A DNA stretch of 43,603 nt, counting the filler, from Catajapyx aquilonaris (lineage: Eukaryota): NCBI GenBank assembly GCA_000934665.2. It is 2 parts of 2 records of this genome, joined end to end, with 100 filler letters (N's around TTAATTAATTAA, not from the genome) between each part and the next. Parts side by side here need not be neighbours in the genome. Positions count along the whole stretch, not along the records: positions 1 to 21,787 come from JYFJ02005994.1; 1 more part is not named here. The stretch is one strand, 5' to 3'. A program made the translations under genes and the position numbers. The notes under the pieces were generated by a model. That model was given only the letters and a program-made list of their open reading frames with translations. It did not search any database and was not told the origin of the DNA. This document shows positions 1-15,624 of the stretch, one piece after another; position 1 is the first letter of the stretch, and each line of letters begins with the position of its first letter.

Positions 1-761
1 GTAATGAGACGTGTGTGAAAACCTTTTATTGCAGTACTCACCAGCGTAAGTCTTTTCGCCCGTATGAATCCGCATATGTTCTCTAAAATCGTCCGCACCT
101 TTAAACTTTTTCTGGCAAACTTCACATGAAAACGGCCTTTCCGCCGTATGAATTTGCATGTGCCTTTTCAAACGACTGCCCTGGCTAAACGTTTTCTCGC
201 ACACTTGGCACGCAAACGGCATCATAATTTCTTTTTCACATGCTTGTACGTCACTGGTCTTCCCTACAGTGGAAGTCGTAGTGTGTCTCTGTGACACAAA
301 ATAAGACTCCTCTTGCAGCACCTGAAACAAGTTGATTATAACACTGCAGCGTGAAGAGTGTTTCATACTCTATTATCAAAGCGTAAAAGCAGGCACGTTT
401 AAACAGTGTGGTATTCCACCTGTATCCTCGTAAATATTAAATATTGCTCGGTACATACAGACTTCTCATTGGGATGCGCATTTACCTCAGGTGTATTTTC
501 ACAGGCATCTTCCAACGGATTGTCTTCATCGGTTAGCTCAGGAATGTTGGCCACCGACGCGACGCTTCCTCCTTCACTACCCTTGTAACATAACTGCTTT
601 CTTGTCCACCACCGGTGTCTAAGTACGACTCGTTCGCTTCATTCAAGGCTTGTGCCCACGCGTCCTCCCTGGTTACCCCTTGGCTCACCTCCTCTTCCTC
701 ACGGCCGTGCTCTTCCTCCTGCTTCACTTCCTGTTTAATAGTGAGCAACTGTGACACTGTC
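1..761 (-). pseudogene. C2H2 (Kruppel-type) zinc-finger gene, 3' end outside the window, apparently frameshifted
   Basis: Exon 321..1 (acceptor ttgtttcAG) translates VLQEES...FACQVCEKTFSQGSRLKRHMQIHTAERPFSCEVCQKKFKGADDFREHMRIHTGEKTYAGEYCNKRFSHTSHY. This is two canonical fingers with HTAERP/HTGEK linkers and a third finger with C>G. The upstream acidic exon 761..~486 (IKQEVKQEEE...) contains a 5-bp tandem duplication (cgacg x2, 555-564) that shifts frame. Removing it gives ...EEASVANIPELTDEDNPLEDACENTPE|GTAAAT, in phase with the finger exon. Confidence 0.75.
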
Positions 762-1399
762 CTGAAAACAAGACTAATTAGGTTAAGTCTCGGCGACTAT
801 AGTCTCGCAATGCTCGTTTCCACCTGCGCTACTCCTTTACCATTTATTTCCTCCTGCAGCTTCCAGTTCCAAGAGACTTGCCTCACCTCTGGGTAAAAAG
901 AAGGACAAGAAACTGACGCCTAACCTTCTTCCAGTTAGGCTTTCAAACCGAAAATGAATTTTCAGGAAAATTCCAGCCAGCAAAAGGCAGCATTTGTTCG
1001 GGTGCGTTCAGACATGTCACATGTGTCGAGTTAGAAGAGTTAGAACAAACCCAACCCGCTACTTTCAAAAATGCTCAAAGTCACCCAGTGATTTAATATT
1101 AGTTATTCACGATTTACATCACCGACCTTTATTGATGTTTTATGCCTAATTATCATCTGATTTACCGTAGCTTACATAGGTAATGTATGCTGGTGTTGAC
1201 AAGAGCACAAAGTTAATATTCACAATGCCAAGTTCAAGGTATGTTTACAAACAGTAAGGCACCAACTATATAAAATATAATCAATCAATTTTATTTACAA
1301 TTATGGATACATGCATACCCCCCCCCCCCTTTGACTCTCTGGATGATTTTGCAGCGCTATTAACAACAATGAATGTACATAAAATACCGTATACTCGGT

Positions 1400-3006
1400 T
1401 TAATACACAATAGGGTAGGATGCTTCAGTGGCGATTCCACATCGATTGTTTGCATTTCTGATTATTTTGATGTAACCTTCCTCTCCCCAGTCAGATCCCC
1501 ACGAATTCTTGGCCAGCCAGTAATCCACGCCATAATCGGATCCATAGCCAACCACCAGAAGACCGTGGTTCACCTGCTCGTTGTCGCACTCCTCATCATC
1601 GTATACGCCAGAACTGAAATTACCAATACTCATTAGAGTCATTACAGGACATACCAGTCGGATAATATGCACGAGAGTGAATCCGGGCCTCTGACTGTCC
1701 ATTTAGTACCATATTTCGCACATAGATGGCGCATCCTCCCTTTCAGCACACTACTACCACTTTTATGGGGAAGGTGGTACTACATGCACATACTGTAAGT
1801 GAGCGGAGGTGATGACTCGCTCCGGACAAACAGAGGCACAGACTCAAGCCAATAACAACTATATCCTTATGACGACGACGACGACGATGATGATGATGAA
1901 CATACCTGTAATACTGGAAGGAGCTTGCGGCGGCATTGACTACCACACTAATTGGCCCAATTGCAGCTGTCGATCTCTGCAACTCCGCTTCGCTACAAGT
2001 CTCGATTGCTGCATAACCAGAAATTGTGGCTACGATCTTTCTGGAATCGAATTGGCACTGATCCTCCGGCTGAATCAAAATGAGGTAAGATAAATCAGAA
2101 GCTAGACACAACAAAAAGTCAACCTATGAAAGGCAAAGATGTTACTCACATAATCATCATTAGGATAATCATCTGCAGACTCGAGTCCACCAGAGTTGAT
2201 TATGTAATCGTACGCATCCTTGGTTTGACCCCCATCGCAGCCATAATCACTTACAGTATTGCAATTCAGTACTTGCTGAGAACTACAAGCCGTACATTAA
2301 CATACAGTTTTGTTAGTATTGGTAATATATGAAATGTATACTTCACCTGAGAGTAACCAACTTTCCGCTGGACCTCGCATATTGTCCTTCAACTGCGCCA
2401 ACGACTGAGTAGATCCAAGCAGCGTCGCAATCACTTCCGTCCAGCACAGGTGTCACCAAATTTCTCTCGCGCCAGTCAATCTGTAAATTTATCCCATTTT
2501 AATAGCGGATATTCAAAATATTGTTGTCTGTACCGTACCGTTGGAGGAAGGTCCTGCCCGTCATCGCCAAACTTGACCGCTTCACCTCTGACTCTTGGTG
2601 TGTAGGAAGTCATGGTCTTACGGAACTCTTCATTCGTCTAAAAATTCACAGTAATTAATCTCGGTTTTCTCCATTACGTGTAATCAAACCACTCACCATG
2701 TCTGCAAATTTGTTTTCGCCCATCGTAAACTTGTGCTTTCCTTGGGCTGCTTCTTGGTTGTGTTTCTGTATGTGGGCCATGTTGTTCTCCCAAACAAGAC
2801 GCCTCACAGGCTCCTCTTGAAGGTTGTACTTCTTGTTGTAGGCTACCTGTAATATTAATCAGAGTTAGTGAAATGAACCAAACTTTTTCACTTACAAGTC
2901 TTACCTTGAAATGTTGCCATGCGCTGTCCAGTTCTGGATTACCAACAGAAATCCTACTGGCAGAGGCAACTGTGACCACAAACAGAGCTAGGATGAGGAA
3001 ACGCAT
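1400..3006 (-). CDS. Cathepsin-L-like (papain C1A) pseudo-protease A1, 331 aa, catalytic Cys>Ala
   Basis: Seven GT-AG exons: 3006-2905, 2846-2697, 2637-2539, 2480-2347, 2282-2150, 2069-1906, 1613-1400 (996 nt, open). Signal peptide MRFLILALFVVTVASA; ERFNIN-type motif EEPVRRLVWENNMAHIQKHN; GENKFADM. Mature region IDWRERNLVTPVLDGSDCDAAWIYS has Ala (2418-2420) at the CGSCW Cys position and Gly at the oxyanion Gln. [11 protein letters not shown] and KNSWG are retained. Confidence 0.95.
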
Positions 3007-3055
3007 TGTGATGTCTTGGGTTGAGGAACTGATGTGTTTTGGACTCACTGCTTGA

Positions 3056-3650
3056 TTTATATACTCTTTGGGGAGATGTCGATTTAAAGATGCCAAAGGA
3101 TAAAGGTGAAGAGGAGTATTTCCCGAAGTGGATGGGAATTTCCTACCATAGATTTGGAACAGATAAGTTTAGCATCACTTATTGTGTAATTTACACTGTT
3201 TGACCGAATAATGCGTAGTGAGCTGTCTATTGTGTGTGTCTCAAAAAGCTATTGTTTGCGTGAGATCCAACATGCTAGATAGTTCAATTCTGAGGCATGG
3301 GACGATTAACACACAAATTGATGCATAATAATATTAATATTATTGAAAAACTCAATTACGACTTTTGATCCTGTTGACATCAATCACGTAACGAACTGGA
3401 CGGATTTCATGTCTGGAAATTCCCTCGTTATCTCCATGTTTTGATTACACCACAATCAAGTTTTCAGATGATATTTATTAATTGCGGAATAAAATTTGTA
3501 ATGTGCCAGATTGCCCTTATCAAGCACTTCCATTGAGTGGTAGGAAAGACCCGGCTGTAAAGAGAAATGTTAACAACCAATAATCCAAGACCCCTTTATC
3601 ATCTCCATGTGACAGATTGAGAGATCGTCTAAGAAGGACGCGCTTATAAG
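3056..3650. promoter_or_regulatory. Divergent A1/B1 promoter with kappaB-like, GATA and TATA elements
   Basis: GGGAATTTCC at 3134-3143 and its reverse complement GGAAATTCCC at 3415-3424; variant TGGTAGGAAAGACCC at 3538-3552. GATA cores at 3098-3106, 3161-3167, 3428-3433, 3516-3521 and 3593-3600. TATATAAA on - at 3056-3063; CTTATAAG at 3643-3650. Confidence 0.7.
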
Positions 3651-3710
3651 TAATTGAAAGATCATAAGATATGTCAGTGACTCTATGTGCACCTAGTTAC
3701 AATCACCACA

Positions 3711-5404
<1,694 letters not shown>

Positions 5405-5911
5405 AAGTCAAACCGGTGAAAAAATGTGTGTATTTTATATATCTGTATAAAATTGTAATAAAATATTTTCTTGGTCAGTATGTGAGCTATTATGATTTCA
5501 TCCTGGAATGGCAGGCTTCTCAAACTTTGGAATGACTCCAAGAAGTCGATGATGCTACGATGAGTTTTACTAAAATAATTACCTTGCTCTGGCTGTTACA
5601 TCACCTGGAGTGCGACGTCACCTCAAGGTTAAAGAATAATTCTAACAGTAACTTATTCAGGATTTGGATATTCTGGATAATTATACTAATTAGTAATTAC
5701 AAAAGATTATGTAAAACATCAATACTGTAGTAGGAAATGTACATTATAATAAATAAAATATGATTCGTTGTATATAAAAATCCAGAAGATGCATTATTAT
5801 TTTATAATCTAGGTGCTTCATGACCTTGCTCACGTGGATGCCATGTGCGCACATTATACATGAATCCGATATCCAAACCGGTTCACACATAAAACTACAT
5901 CCTCCTCCGAG

Positions 5912-6760
5912 ATGCTGCTGTCCTTCTGCTTCCTGTCCTTTGCTCTTTGCCCCGTGTCCGCCCGCCCAGGGGCCAAATCATGCCAGATGATGGGCTTCGG
6001 CTCCGACTACAGGCTGGACACAAAGTCCGGCCAGTGTCACGAGACCTGGACAGTCGGACCATGCGGATACCTTCCTGACGTCATGACGTACGTACCAATT
6101 GACGACGTGTACGGAGAGTGCTCTTGCGCAGTGCCCAACATGAGAGTCTGGCCGGCGGACAACATGTGCTACTTTTTGAACTCACAGGTAAGGAGCTGTC
6201 CACACATTACAGAGTATCAAGAACTGGGAAATACTGAGAGTTAATCAGTATGTTTAAACAGACTATTAGTAGCAGGTCCGGGACCCTGTGGTCCTAATGA
6301 AAAATATATAGACTTTATAAAGAGGCGCATATTATCGCTATTTTCGATTCAGGGTCCGTGCAAACTAGGCTACAGATTCAAGTTCAACTCGAGTGGAGAT
6401 CCTCCTGAGTGTGAAGTGGACGCCAATTGTTACGACAGGATGATTCAGACTGGCAGTAGCAGCTGGGTGTCTAAAGATGGCGAGTGCTACGAGGAAGGGA
6501 AGAGAGGCCACCCATGCCCGGACCACGAGATACTGATGCTCCAAGGGTACGAGGAGACGAGGTGCGTGGATCTGCGGGTCGTCACAATCTTCGGGGTTCA
6601 ACCTGACACAGGGGGAGCAAGACAATGCAACAAGGCCCAACAGACAGTACCAAGCTACCTCGGAGGATGTCTTCCAGCTGTCCAGGTTCTTGATGGGACG
6701 GAATGTCCGGAAGGATTCGTGCACCACCCAGCCTACGATGAAGTGTGTGTCCAGGAATAG
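5912..6760 (+). CDS. Secreted cysteine-rich protein D1, 227 aa, DUF4789-like
   Basis: Exons 5912-6187 and 6353-6760, phase-0 GT-AG intron, open. Hydrophobic N-terminus MLLSFCFLSFALCPVSA. Three internal repeats of C(Y/H)x5G(H)PC type: GQCHETWTVGPC, WPADNMCYFLNSQGPC, KDGECYEEGKRGHPC. These resemble the arthropod DUF4789 motif (recalled, not searched). AATAAA near 6813. Confidence 0.85.
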
Positions 6761-7525
6761 AGTAACTTATATGTCACTAGTGAAGCAAATTTGTTGACCA
6801 CATGTTTATGCAAATAAAGTTATATAAATGTACATAAAGGAACGTTTACCATGACCACTTCAGAAGCACAAAATAAATAATATTATAGAACGAGTACCTG
6901 AAAAATTACGCGCACAACACACTTGAACTCAAAATATTACATTATTGGATATGGATCTTGCTGAATGTCCACTTGTCCCAAGGTCACGATGTTGATTGCC
7001 TGCATAGCGGCCAGCACTCACGTATTAATCCGTGCGGAAAGTCCAGCATTTTCACAAACCATCTTGACAATAACAACTCGTTATCGCATCGAAATCTTTA
7101 AAACACACTCATGCTACCCTTATCAGTTGAATTGTTATCTCTCCAATCGATGAAGTCAATGTGATTGCAGGACAACGTCTCGTGCTTATATAATGAAGAT
7201 AACAAGACAATGATCCTACTGAATAAACTAATACATTACTAGTATGCTTGCAACATTGCATTAAATACATTACGAATAACAATGAATTTTTAAATGTTAA
7301 ATTGAGATGCTAAATTCAGTCAAACCTCACAGACGAAGATGAAACCCAATTTAACGCAGAATATTATTTTTTAATTTAGTCCGCGATTTAGTCCATAAGT
7401 GATAGATCGCCGACTGTTTTCTTCTTCAAATCACTTTAATTCACTCAAATTGACAAAATGCGCCGATTCATTGTGACATTTACGATAAGTGAAGTTCAGT
7501 TGAGCCTATATTTCGCAATTCTGAT

Positions 7526-7663
7526 CTTATCACAAGTACTAGCAGGCTGAACAGTGGTAGGAAATCCCCAGTCGCGAAACGACACTTTCTCTCTCCATTA
7601 CCAACAGATTCCTTTATCCATTGATACTGATATACCGTATATCTCAAGTTGAAAGTATATAAA
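7526..7663 (+). promoter_or_regulatory. C1 promoter: GATA - kappaB-like - GATA - TATA
   Basis: CTTATC 7526-7531; TGGTAGGAAATCCCC 7555-7569 (reverse complement GGGGATTTCC); CCTTTATC 7611-7618; TATATAAA 7656-7663, 48 nt before the ATG. Confidence 0.7.
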
Positions 7664-7710
7664 CGGAGTTGCAGAAAACAAACGTGTCCATACCTCTCAG
7701 CAGCACAACG

Positions 7711-9171
7711 ATGAAAGTCATTCTTTTCATAACATTCGTAGCTTGTGCATATGCCAGCAGACTTTCTGCAGGCAACAACCATCAACTGGATGCGGCATGG
7801 AGGCAATTCAAGGTAAAGTTTTGAACATAACAATGGGTGGCAAATTTAAATAATGCATTGTTGTTTCAGATAAAGTACAACAAGGCGTACGATCAGTCGC
7901 ATGAGACTTCAAGACGTCTGGTTTGGGAGTCAAACATCGGCTTCATTCAGAAGCACAATCAAGAAGCTGCTCAAGGAAAACACACGTTCACACTGGCCGA
8001 GAATCAGTTCGCAGATATGGTCAGTTTCGCAACATTGTGGTGAAAATCAGCAAACTGACACTAATGTTATTTTCAGACCAATGATGAATTTCACCAGGCC
8101 ATGAATAAGTACAGACCCAGCAAGCCTACTAAGAATCACAATGAAAAAGTCACTTCCTTCTCAGATGAATACCTGCCTAACCTGGTAAATCGCTAAACTT
8201 CTATGCAATGGTTTTAATTTTTAAATACAATTTTTGACAACTTCGCAGATTGATTGGAGGGCCAAAAACATGGTGACTAGTGTGAAAAACCAGCAAAATT
8301 GCGAGGCCTCCTGGATATTCGCAGCAATTGGGGCCGTAGAAGGGGCGCATTCAAGAGCAACTGGAGAGCTGGTGTCTCTCAGGTGACATATCACAAATAA
8401 TGAAATATATTATTAGTAATGAACAATTACTCAAATCATAATAATAGGGAAAATTGAAATCTGCCTATTTTAACTGCAAATAATATTTGTTTTCCATTGC
8501 ATGGATTTCTGATTATTACAGCCCTCAGCAATTAATGGATTGCTTCAATATTGGAGCTTACCCCAAACCCTGCGAAGGCGGATCAACTGACGATGCGTTT
8601 AAGTACATCCTTAAAGCAGGAGGTGTCGTATCTCAAAAACATTACAATTATACCGCAGTTGTAAGTCATCTTTGGTGTAATGTAACATAAAGCTGAAGAC
8701 CACCATGAACTAATTTCTGCCACTTTTCAGCCGTCATACATATGCAGATTTGACAGCAGATATGTCAGAGCCTCTATCAGCGGATACGTTAAGGTGGAAT
8801 CTGGATCTGAAAAAGAGTTGCAACGCGCAACCGCTTCTATCGGACCAGTAGCAGTGGCCATAGACGCCAGCCAGAAATCCTTCCAATTTTATTCGTAAGT
8901 GTAAGCGCATCTTGTATCTTAATTACGCAGCTAACAATGTGGGATTGACTCTTTCAGCGGCGGCCTGTACCTAGATACCAAATGTTCATCTACGAATCTT
9001 AACCACGCAGCTTTAGTTGTCGGCTACGGAACATCCTCTGAACTGGACTATTGGCTGGTCAAGAACTCATGGGGACCAGGGTGGGGAGAGGGTGGGTACA
9101 TAAGGATGGTCAGAAATCACGACAATAACTGCGGAATAGCCACCAATGCTACGTATCCCATTGTTTATTAA
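7711..9171 (+). CDS. Cathepsin-L-like protein C1, 336 aa, catalytic Cys>Ser with oxyanion Gln retained
   Basis: Exons 7711-7812, 7870-8019, 8077-8184, 8249-8382, 8522-8660, 8731-8894, 8958-9171 (1011 nt, open). [26 protein letters not shown] has Ser (TCC, 8309-8311). [16 protein letters not shown] and KNSWG present. AATAAA at 9198-9203. Confidence 0.95.
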
Positions 9172-10529
9172 GTGAGGGAATTTGCTGTACTCATGTAAAT
9201 AAAACATGTAAAGTAAACAAAATTTCAGTTTTAACAATACCTGGTGATCTTAAACTTCTGTATTGCACTCCGTTCTCCTGTTTCCTAATAAAATCGAGTG
9301 AAAATATTTAGCAATTAGACTTATATGTACAACAAAAGTAATGAATGGTTATGAGAAAACTATTGCACACCAAAGATTTTGAAAAACACAACTTGCGCCG
9401 ACAAATCTCCGCGTTGAAATCAATTAGACATCAATGAAAAATCTTTTCTATACTTAAATATTGATTGCATGCAGTATGTTACGGTTCAATAATTTTTAGG
9501 TTCCAATCTATAGGTCTAAAAGAACTATATAGTTCTTTACAAAACAATGAGTATGCAATATGAAAAGAAGTGCCACTGGCAAGGGGTTAACCACTCGACT
9601 GTAATATGCTGTAATATGTACATTGGAGTACCAAATTCAAGGAGTACCTGGGAGTACCTAAGGAGTAGACCTATCCGAGAGCATCAATGAACGCCTTAGG
9701 GCTCTTTAAGTTAATATTATTTTAGCTATATACGTGTATATGCATTAGCCTACTGAATATCAGTAGGCCTACTGTATATTATAGGCTACAAGTTGCATAT
9801 TGTGGTGGTGAAAAGCTGCCGGCCAGAGGGAGCGCACTACCCACTTTGACCAAACTGACGGAAAAAACCTTGGAAAAAACCAATGAGCTTCTGACTCTCC
9901 ATCCAGCCAAGGGCATCCATTTTAAAACTAATTATTTCCAGGTAACTTAAAGGGGTACTAGGAAAATCCTCGCTCCGCTCGCCTTTTCCTAGGGCGCAGG
10001 CCTAGAAAACCGCTCGCTGTTTTCTCGGCCTGCGGCCTGCGGTGTAGGCCAATGATGTTCTTAATGATGCTCACCCAACAATTATCCTCATCATACTCCC
10101 CTCCCCCCTGCCTCCCCCCTCCTTATACTAAACCTTTGACGGCTAATACATCATAATATTACGATGTCCTGATGGTTTGTGAATTAGCCCTCGAGGATGT
10201 GCATAGAGAAGGCGAACTTGTCAGTGCCAAACCCGGTTCAATATGCTCCTGCCATCTCTTGGATTGTGACTCAAGTACCATGGCAACTCCAGATCCCCCC
10301 CCCCCCCNCCAAGTTGAGTCGTATATGCCAAGGTCACGCTGCCCCCACGTGATCGTTTATGTAAACATGTTCCCTCAGTACAGAGTGCCCCGTAGAGTAT
10401 GGACTCTTGGACTTGGGAGTTTTTTTTTTAAAGTTACCCCCTGATAAGGCGGAGCCTTTTTAGGGGGTGGAATACCACCATTTAACTCGATTTTTCTATA
10501 TTTCAACTTCAATATCCGGTCCAAGGAGT

Positions 10530-10775
10530 CACGGATGTAGGGTAGGGGTAGGGATTTTTGGGGAGGGAACATATAGGTGCAAGTGCAAGATCTGTAAAGG
10601 GGTCATGTGCTGTTCCCCAGGAGATTAGGTTGCCAGACACCTCCAATAAGGTACAGGTCAGAGACCCTCCTGACGCAGGTGAAAGGGAAAGTTCCCCTGG
10701 CAGGGATCGAACCAGGGGCCTTTCACTCAGCAAGCCGAAACGTTACCATCTCGGCCATCTACACCTCCCCGACCC
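10530..10775 (-). mobile_element. tRNA-derived SINE
   Basis: On -: A box TGGCCGAGATGG (10746-10757) and B box GGTTCGATCCC (10703-10713), followed by a non-tRNA body. Boundaries approximate. Confidence 0.75.
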
Positions 10776-11949
10776 TTGGGAGTTTATCACAGTACAGTGT
10801 TGTGGTAATGTTATGTAACCATAAGAACAATGTACCATAGTCACTGAGTAACCTTGTGAGGCCTATCGACTTTCTGAGAGCCGGACGATTCTAAAAAGGT
10901 TATTTTGCGGGACACCCTGTATATGAATTTTTCTCCGGCATTTTACAATCAAAAGGACCACCACGAATTTAAATGATTAATTTTGGCTCAAAGTTGTTAT
11001 TCATTAATATCACTCCTACATCGAATTTTGAACAAAAAGAAGGAAAGAGACGGCCCAAAAACCTGCCAAAAGCTTGTGAAAGGGTTAAGGGTGCGCAATT
11101 TGAAAATACAGTTGTTCCCATATGTGGTTCCAATGATGGCTGTGATTCAAGGTGGCGAACAGAGCTTACCCAGTGTTTATACAACAATATACAGCTGGGA
11201 GACCCTACAGTCTGCACACATAGGTACACTGTAGGCCTACTCCCGATTATTATCCAAGCTAATGACTGCACGGGTGTTGCCAGATAATTGGGAAACACGG
11301 ACAATCGGAAAATGGTCCTGGAAAGGGAGCTATTCACAGGTTGTTGATGTACTACTGTACAAAGAGCATGCTGCTTGCTTGGTTAATCCAAAAAATAAAA
11401 CTTACCATAGATTATTTTTTACTTTGACTTCTAGAGTAAGTATGGTATATATTTTTTTCGTTGGTGAGACATTGATATTGATATTGGGTGGAATTTCCAT
11501 ACCACTGGTAAGTTATCAGTAGCCCTATGCACTATCTAGCAGTGGGTCAAAAATTCGAGACATTTTTTCGGACGTAAATGTTTATATTATGGCGATGCAC
11601 GTATTATCCGCACCCTGATATAAATCGGGAGTACAGTGTAATTGGATTCTATTGTTGGTGGCCAGTTGTGCCAACTCAATGACCTTCACTGACTGTATAA
11701 ATAAACAACCTGCCAGTTGGCTGTCTGGAAATCCAACAATATAGTACGTTCCAGGCTAATAATTCGAACGCGTGAGATTTGCAACCCGGCTTCTTACGTT
11801 CGATTCTACGCATTCGACGGTAGTCAGTTTCCGACACTATACACTGAAAGAAGTGCCTCGAAGACAGTGTACTGTACTTCCCATCTGTGAAAGCACCGCG
11901 CATGGGTAGGCCTAAGCAGTTCCTAAGCAGCCCGATCAGCAATGGTAAA

Positions 11950-12333
11950 TTTCGAATTTAACTTACATTATTCTCCACCCGTCTCCACCAGTGCCTACGG
12001 CCATTTTTCAATAACCACCAGTGACCCGCGGCGAAGGGGGGACAGGTATGGTAGGCGGGGAAGGGAAAAGGGTCCGGCGTGACGATGACGGCGGCGGGAG
12101 AGACGAAAAAAAGCGACCTTCTCCTAAGGAGGTCAGCATGCAACTGGACGTGTTCCACCCCCATTGCGCATGCTCGGAACGGGGGCCAATCGGAGGCGTC
12201 GTGGTAACAATGCGTCATGGATACGACGCAGCAACAATGGACGGGGGCCAATGGGAAGAGGTGGCGGCAACAATACGGGGGCGGACCAATCAGAGGGCGA
12301 TCACATACAACGCAAGGATTTTGATATTATAGA
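11950..12333 (-). mobile_element. Possible non-autonomous Helitron 5' portion
   Basis: On -, begins A|TCTATAATATCAAAATCC followed by a GC-rich body, like Helitron 5' ends (TC after A). No 3' CTRR end identified. Confidence 0.35.
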
Positions 12334-12619
12334 TGTTGCACTAATTTAGGCAATGTCACCTGAATAATACATCCGGGTAAATGGCTTGTTTTTGTGGAGC
12401 TTTTGGGTTGTGCTGTCAGGAGAAAAACAGTAATATTTTTAAAATGGAGGGTTTCCACCAAACGTTGCAGTTTGTCTCAAATAAAATAAATTTTAATTGA
12501 CCTCTCTTCCGTCTTCACTATACTTTTATTTAACCCCGTGATAGAGACAGTGGCTCTCTTAGGGGGAAGGGGGTGGTTCCCTAGGGAGGGCGCCGTAATT
12601 TTTAGTCATTTTTGACTTG

Positions 12620-12788
12620 TGAAAAACACCAGGCCTTTTCTACTGGCCCCGGGCAGATAGGGAGTGCAATTCTGCCGGGTGAAAAGCGGAGAAAGACCCG
12701 GCCAAGCAGAGGTGACGGGGACGGGATTTGAATCTCGGCCTCCCGCTTGCTGGCCAGCGGCGTAACCGATAGACCACCATGCCGCCCT
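12620..12788 (-). mobile_element. tRNA-derived SINE
   Basis: On -: A-box-like TGGTCTATCGG (~12766-12776) and B-box-like GATTCAAATCC (12724-12734). Confidence 0.65.
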
Positions 12789-12919
12789 CTTCACTATACT
12801 TCCCACACAAATATGAACGCCGAACATGCAGAACGGCCAACATTTGACAGAGTTTGAGATACGAGTGTTTAAAATGTTTGACACCATTGCATTACTGTCA
12901 TACGTATTATACGTATACT

Positions 12920-13065
12920 GTCGACCACCAGTCGTAGTGTTGTCTAAGTACGACTCGTTCGCTTCATTCAACGCCTGCGCCCACGTCTCCTCCGTGGTTA
13001 TCTCTTCGTTTACCTCCTCTTCCTCCTTCACTTCCTGTTTAATCGTCAGCACTAGTGACATTGTC
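12920..13065 (-). pseudogene. Truncated duplicate of the acidic exon of the zinc-finger gene
   Basis: LTIKQEVKEEEEVNEEITTEETWAQALNEANESYLD matches the 761-615 exon, with the same acceptor. Similarity ends near 12920 and no finger exon follows. Confidence 0.85.
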
Positions 13066-13609
13066 CTGAAAACAAGACTAATTAGGTTAAATCTCAGCGA
13101 CTAGTCTTGCAATGCTCGTTACCACTTGCACTACTCCTTTTCCCTCAATTTATCCTGCAGCAGCTACCAGTTCTAGCAGTAAAACAGACCTCTGAAGTAA
13201 TAAAGAAACAGCCTAACCATCTTCCAATGCAGCTTTCAAATTTTTAAAAAAAATGAATATTGTATTATGCAACTTCCAAGTTCAACCATCAAGAGGCAAC
13301 CATGTTGGGGACCGTGCGTTCAGATGTGGCATATGGCAGACATGCGGGTAGAGTTAGAACAAACCTCAGCATAACCGCTGTTTTCAAAATAGCTGGATAT
13401 CACCAGTTATCAGATATAAATTATTCACCGTGTATGTTATCAATTTGGCTTTATTTGCATAATAATTTATGATGTGTAAGTTAGATTATGCAGCCGCACA
13501 CTAAGTACGGTATTGAGTACCGGTACCTGACGTTGAGAAGAGGACAAATTAAGTTCTGAACCGGTATGTTCAAAGTATATGTTACAAACAGAGTTTTACA
13601 CAATAATAC

Positions 13610-13610
<1 letters not shown>

Positions 13611-13678
<68 letters not shown>
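13611..13678. repeat. (AAT)n microsatellite
   Basis: Read directly. Confidence 0.98.
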
Positions 13679-13841
13679 TATATATAAATAATATAATAAT
13701 ATATAAAATTTACATAATAAGTTTTATTTACAATTATGGATACATGCATATCTCTGACTCTTTGGAGGATTTTGCAGTGCTGTTAACAATAATGAATGTA
13801 GACTACATAAAATACAATATGTGTTTAGTAGCCTACTCGGT

Positions 13842-15568
<1,727 letters not shown>

Positions 15569-15624
15569 CGTTGATGTTTTGATGATATGGTGAGTAACTG
15601 ATGTGTATTGTACTCGTTACTTGA

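Noticed and set aside
9815..9840. CTCF-like motifs here and at ~37520-37537 as cluster insulators
   Set aside because: Mismatches to the core consensus, and such motifs are common in transposon ends; no independent support.
11958..12349. Overlapping GC-rich ORFs of 60-103 aa
   Set aside because: No recognisable domain or splice structure; they lie within a probable non-autonomous repeat.
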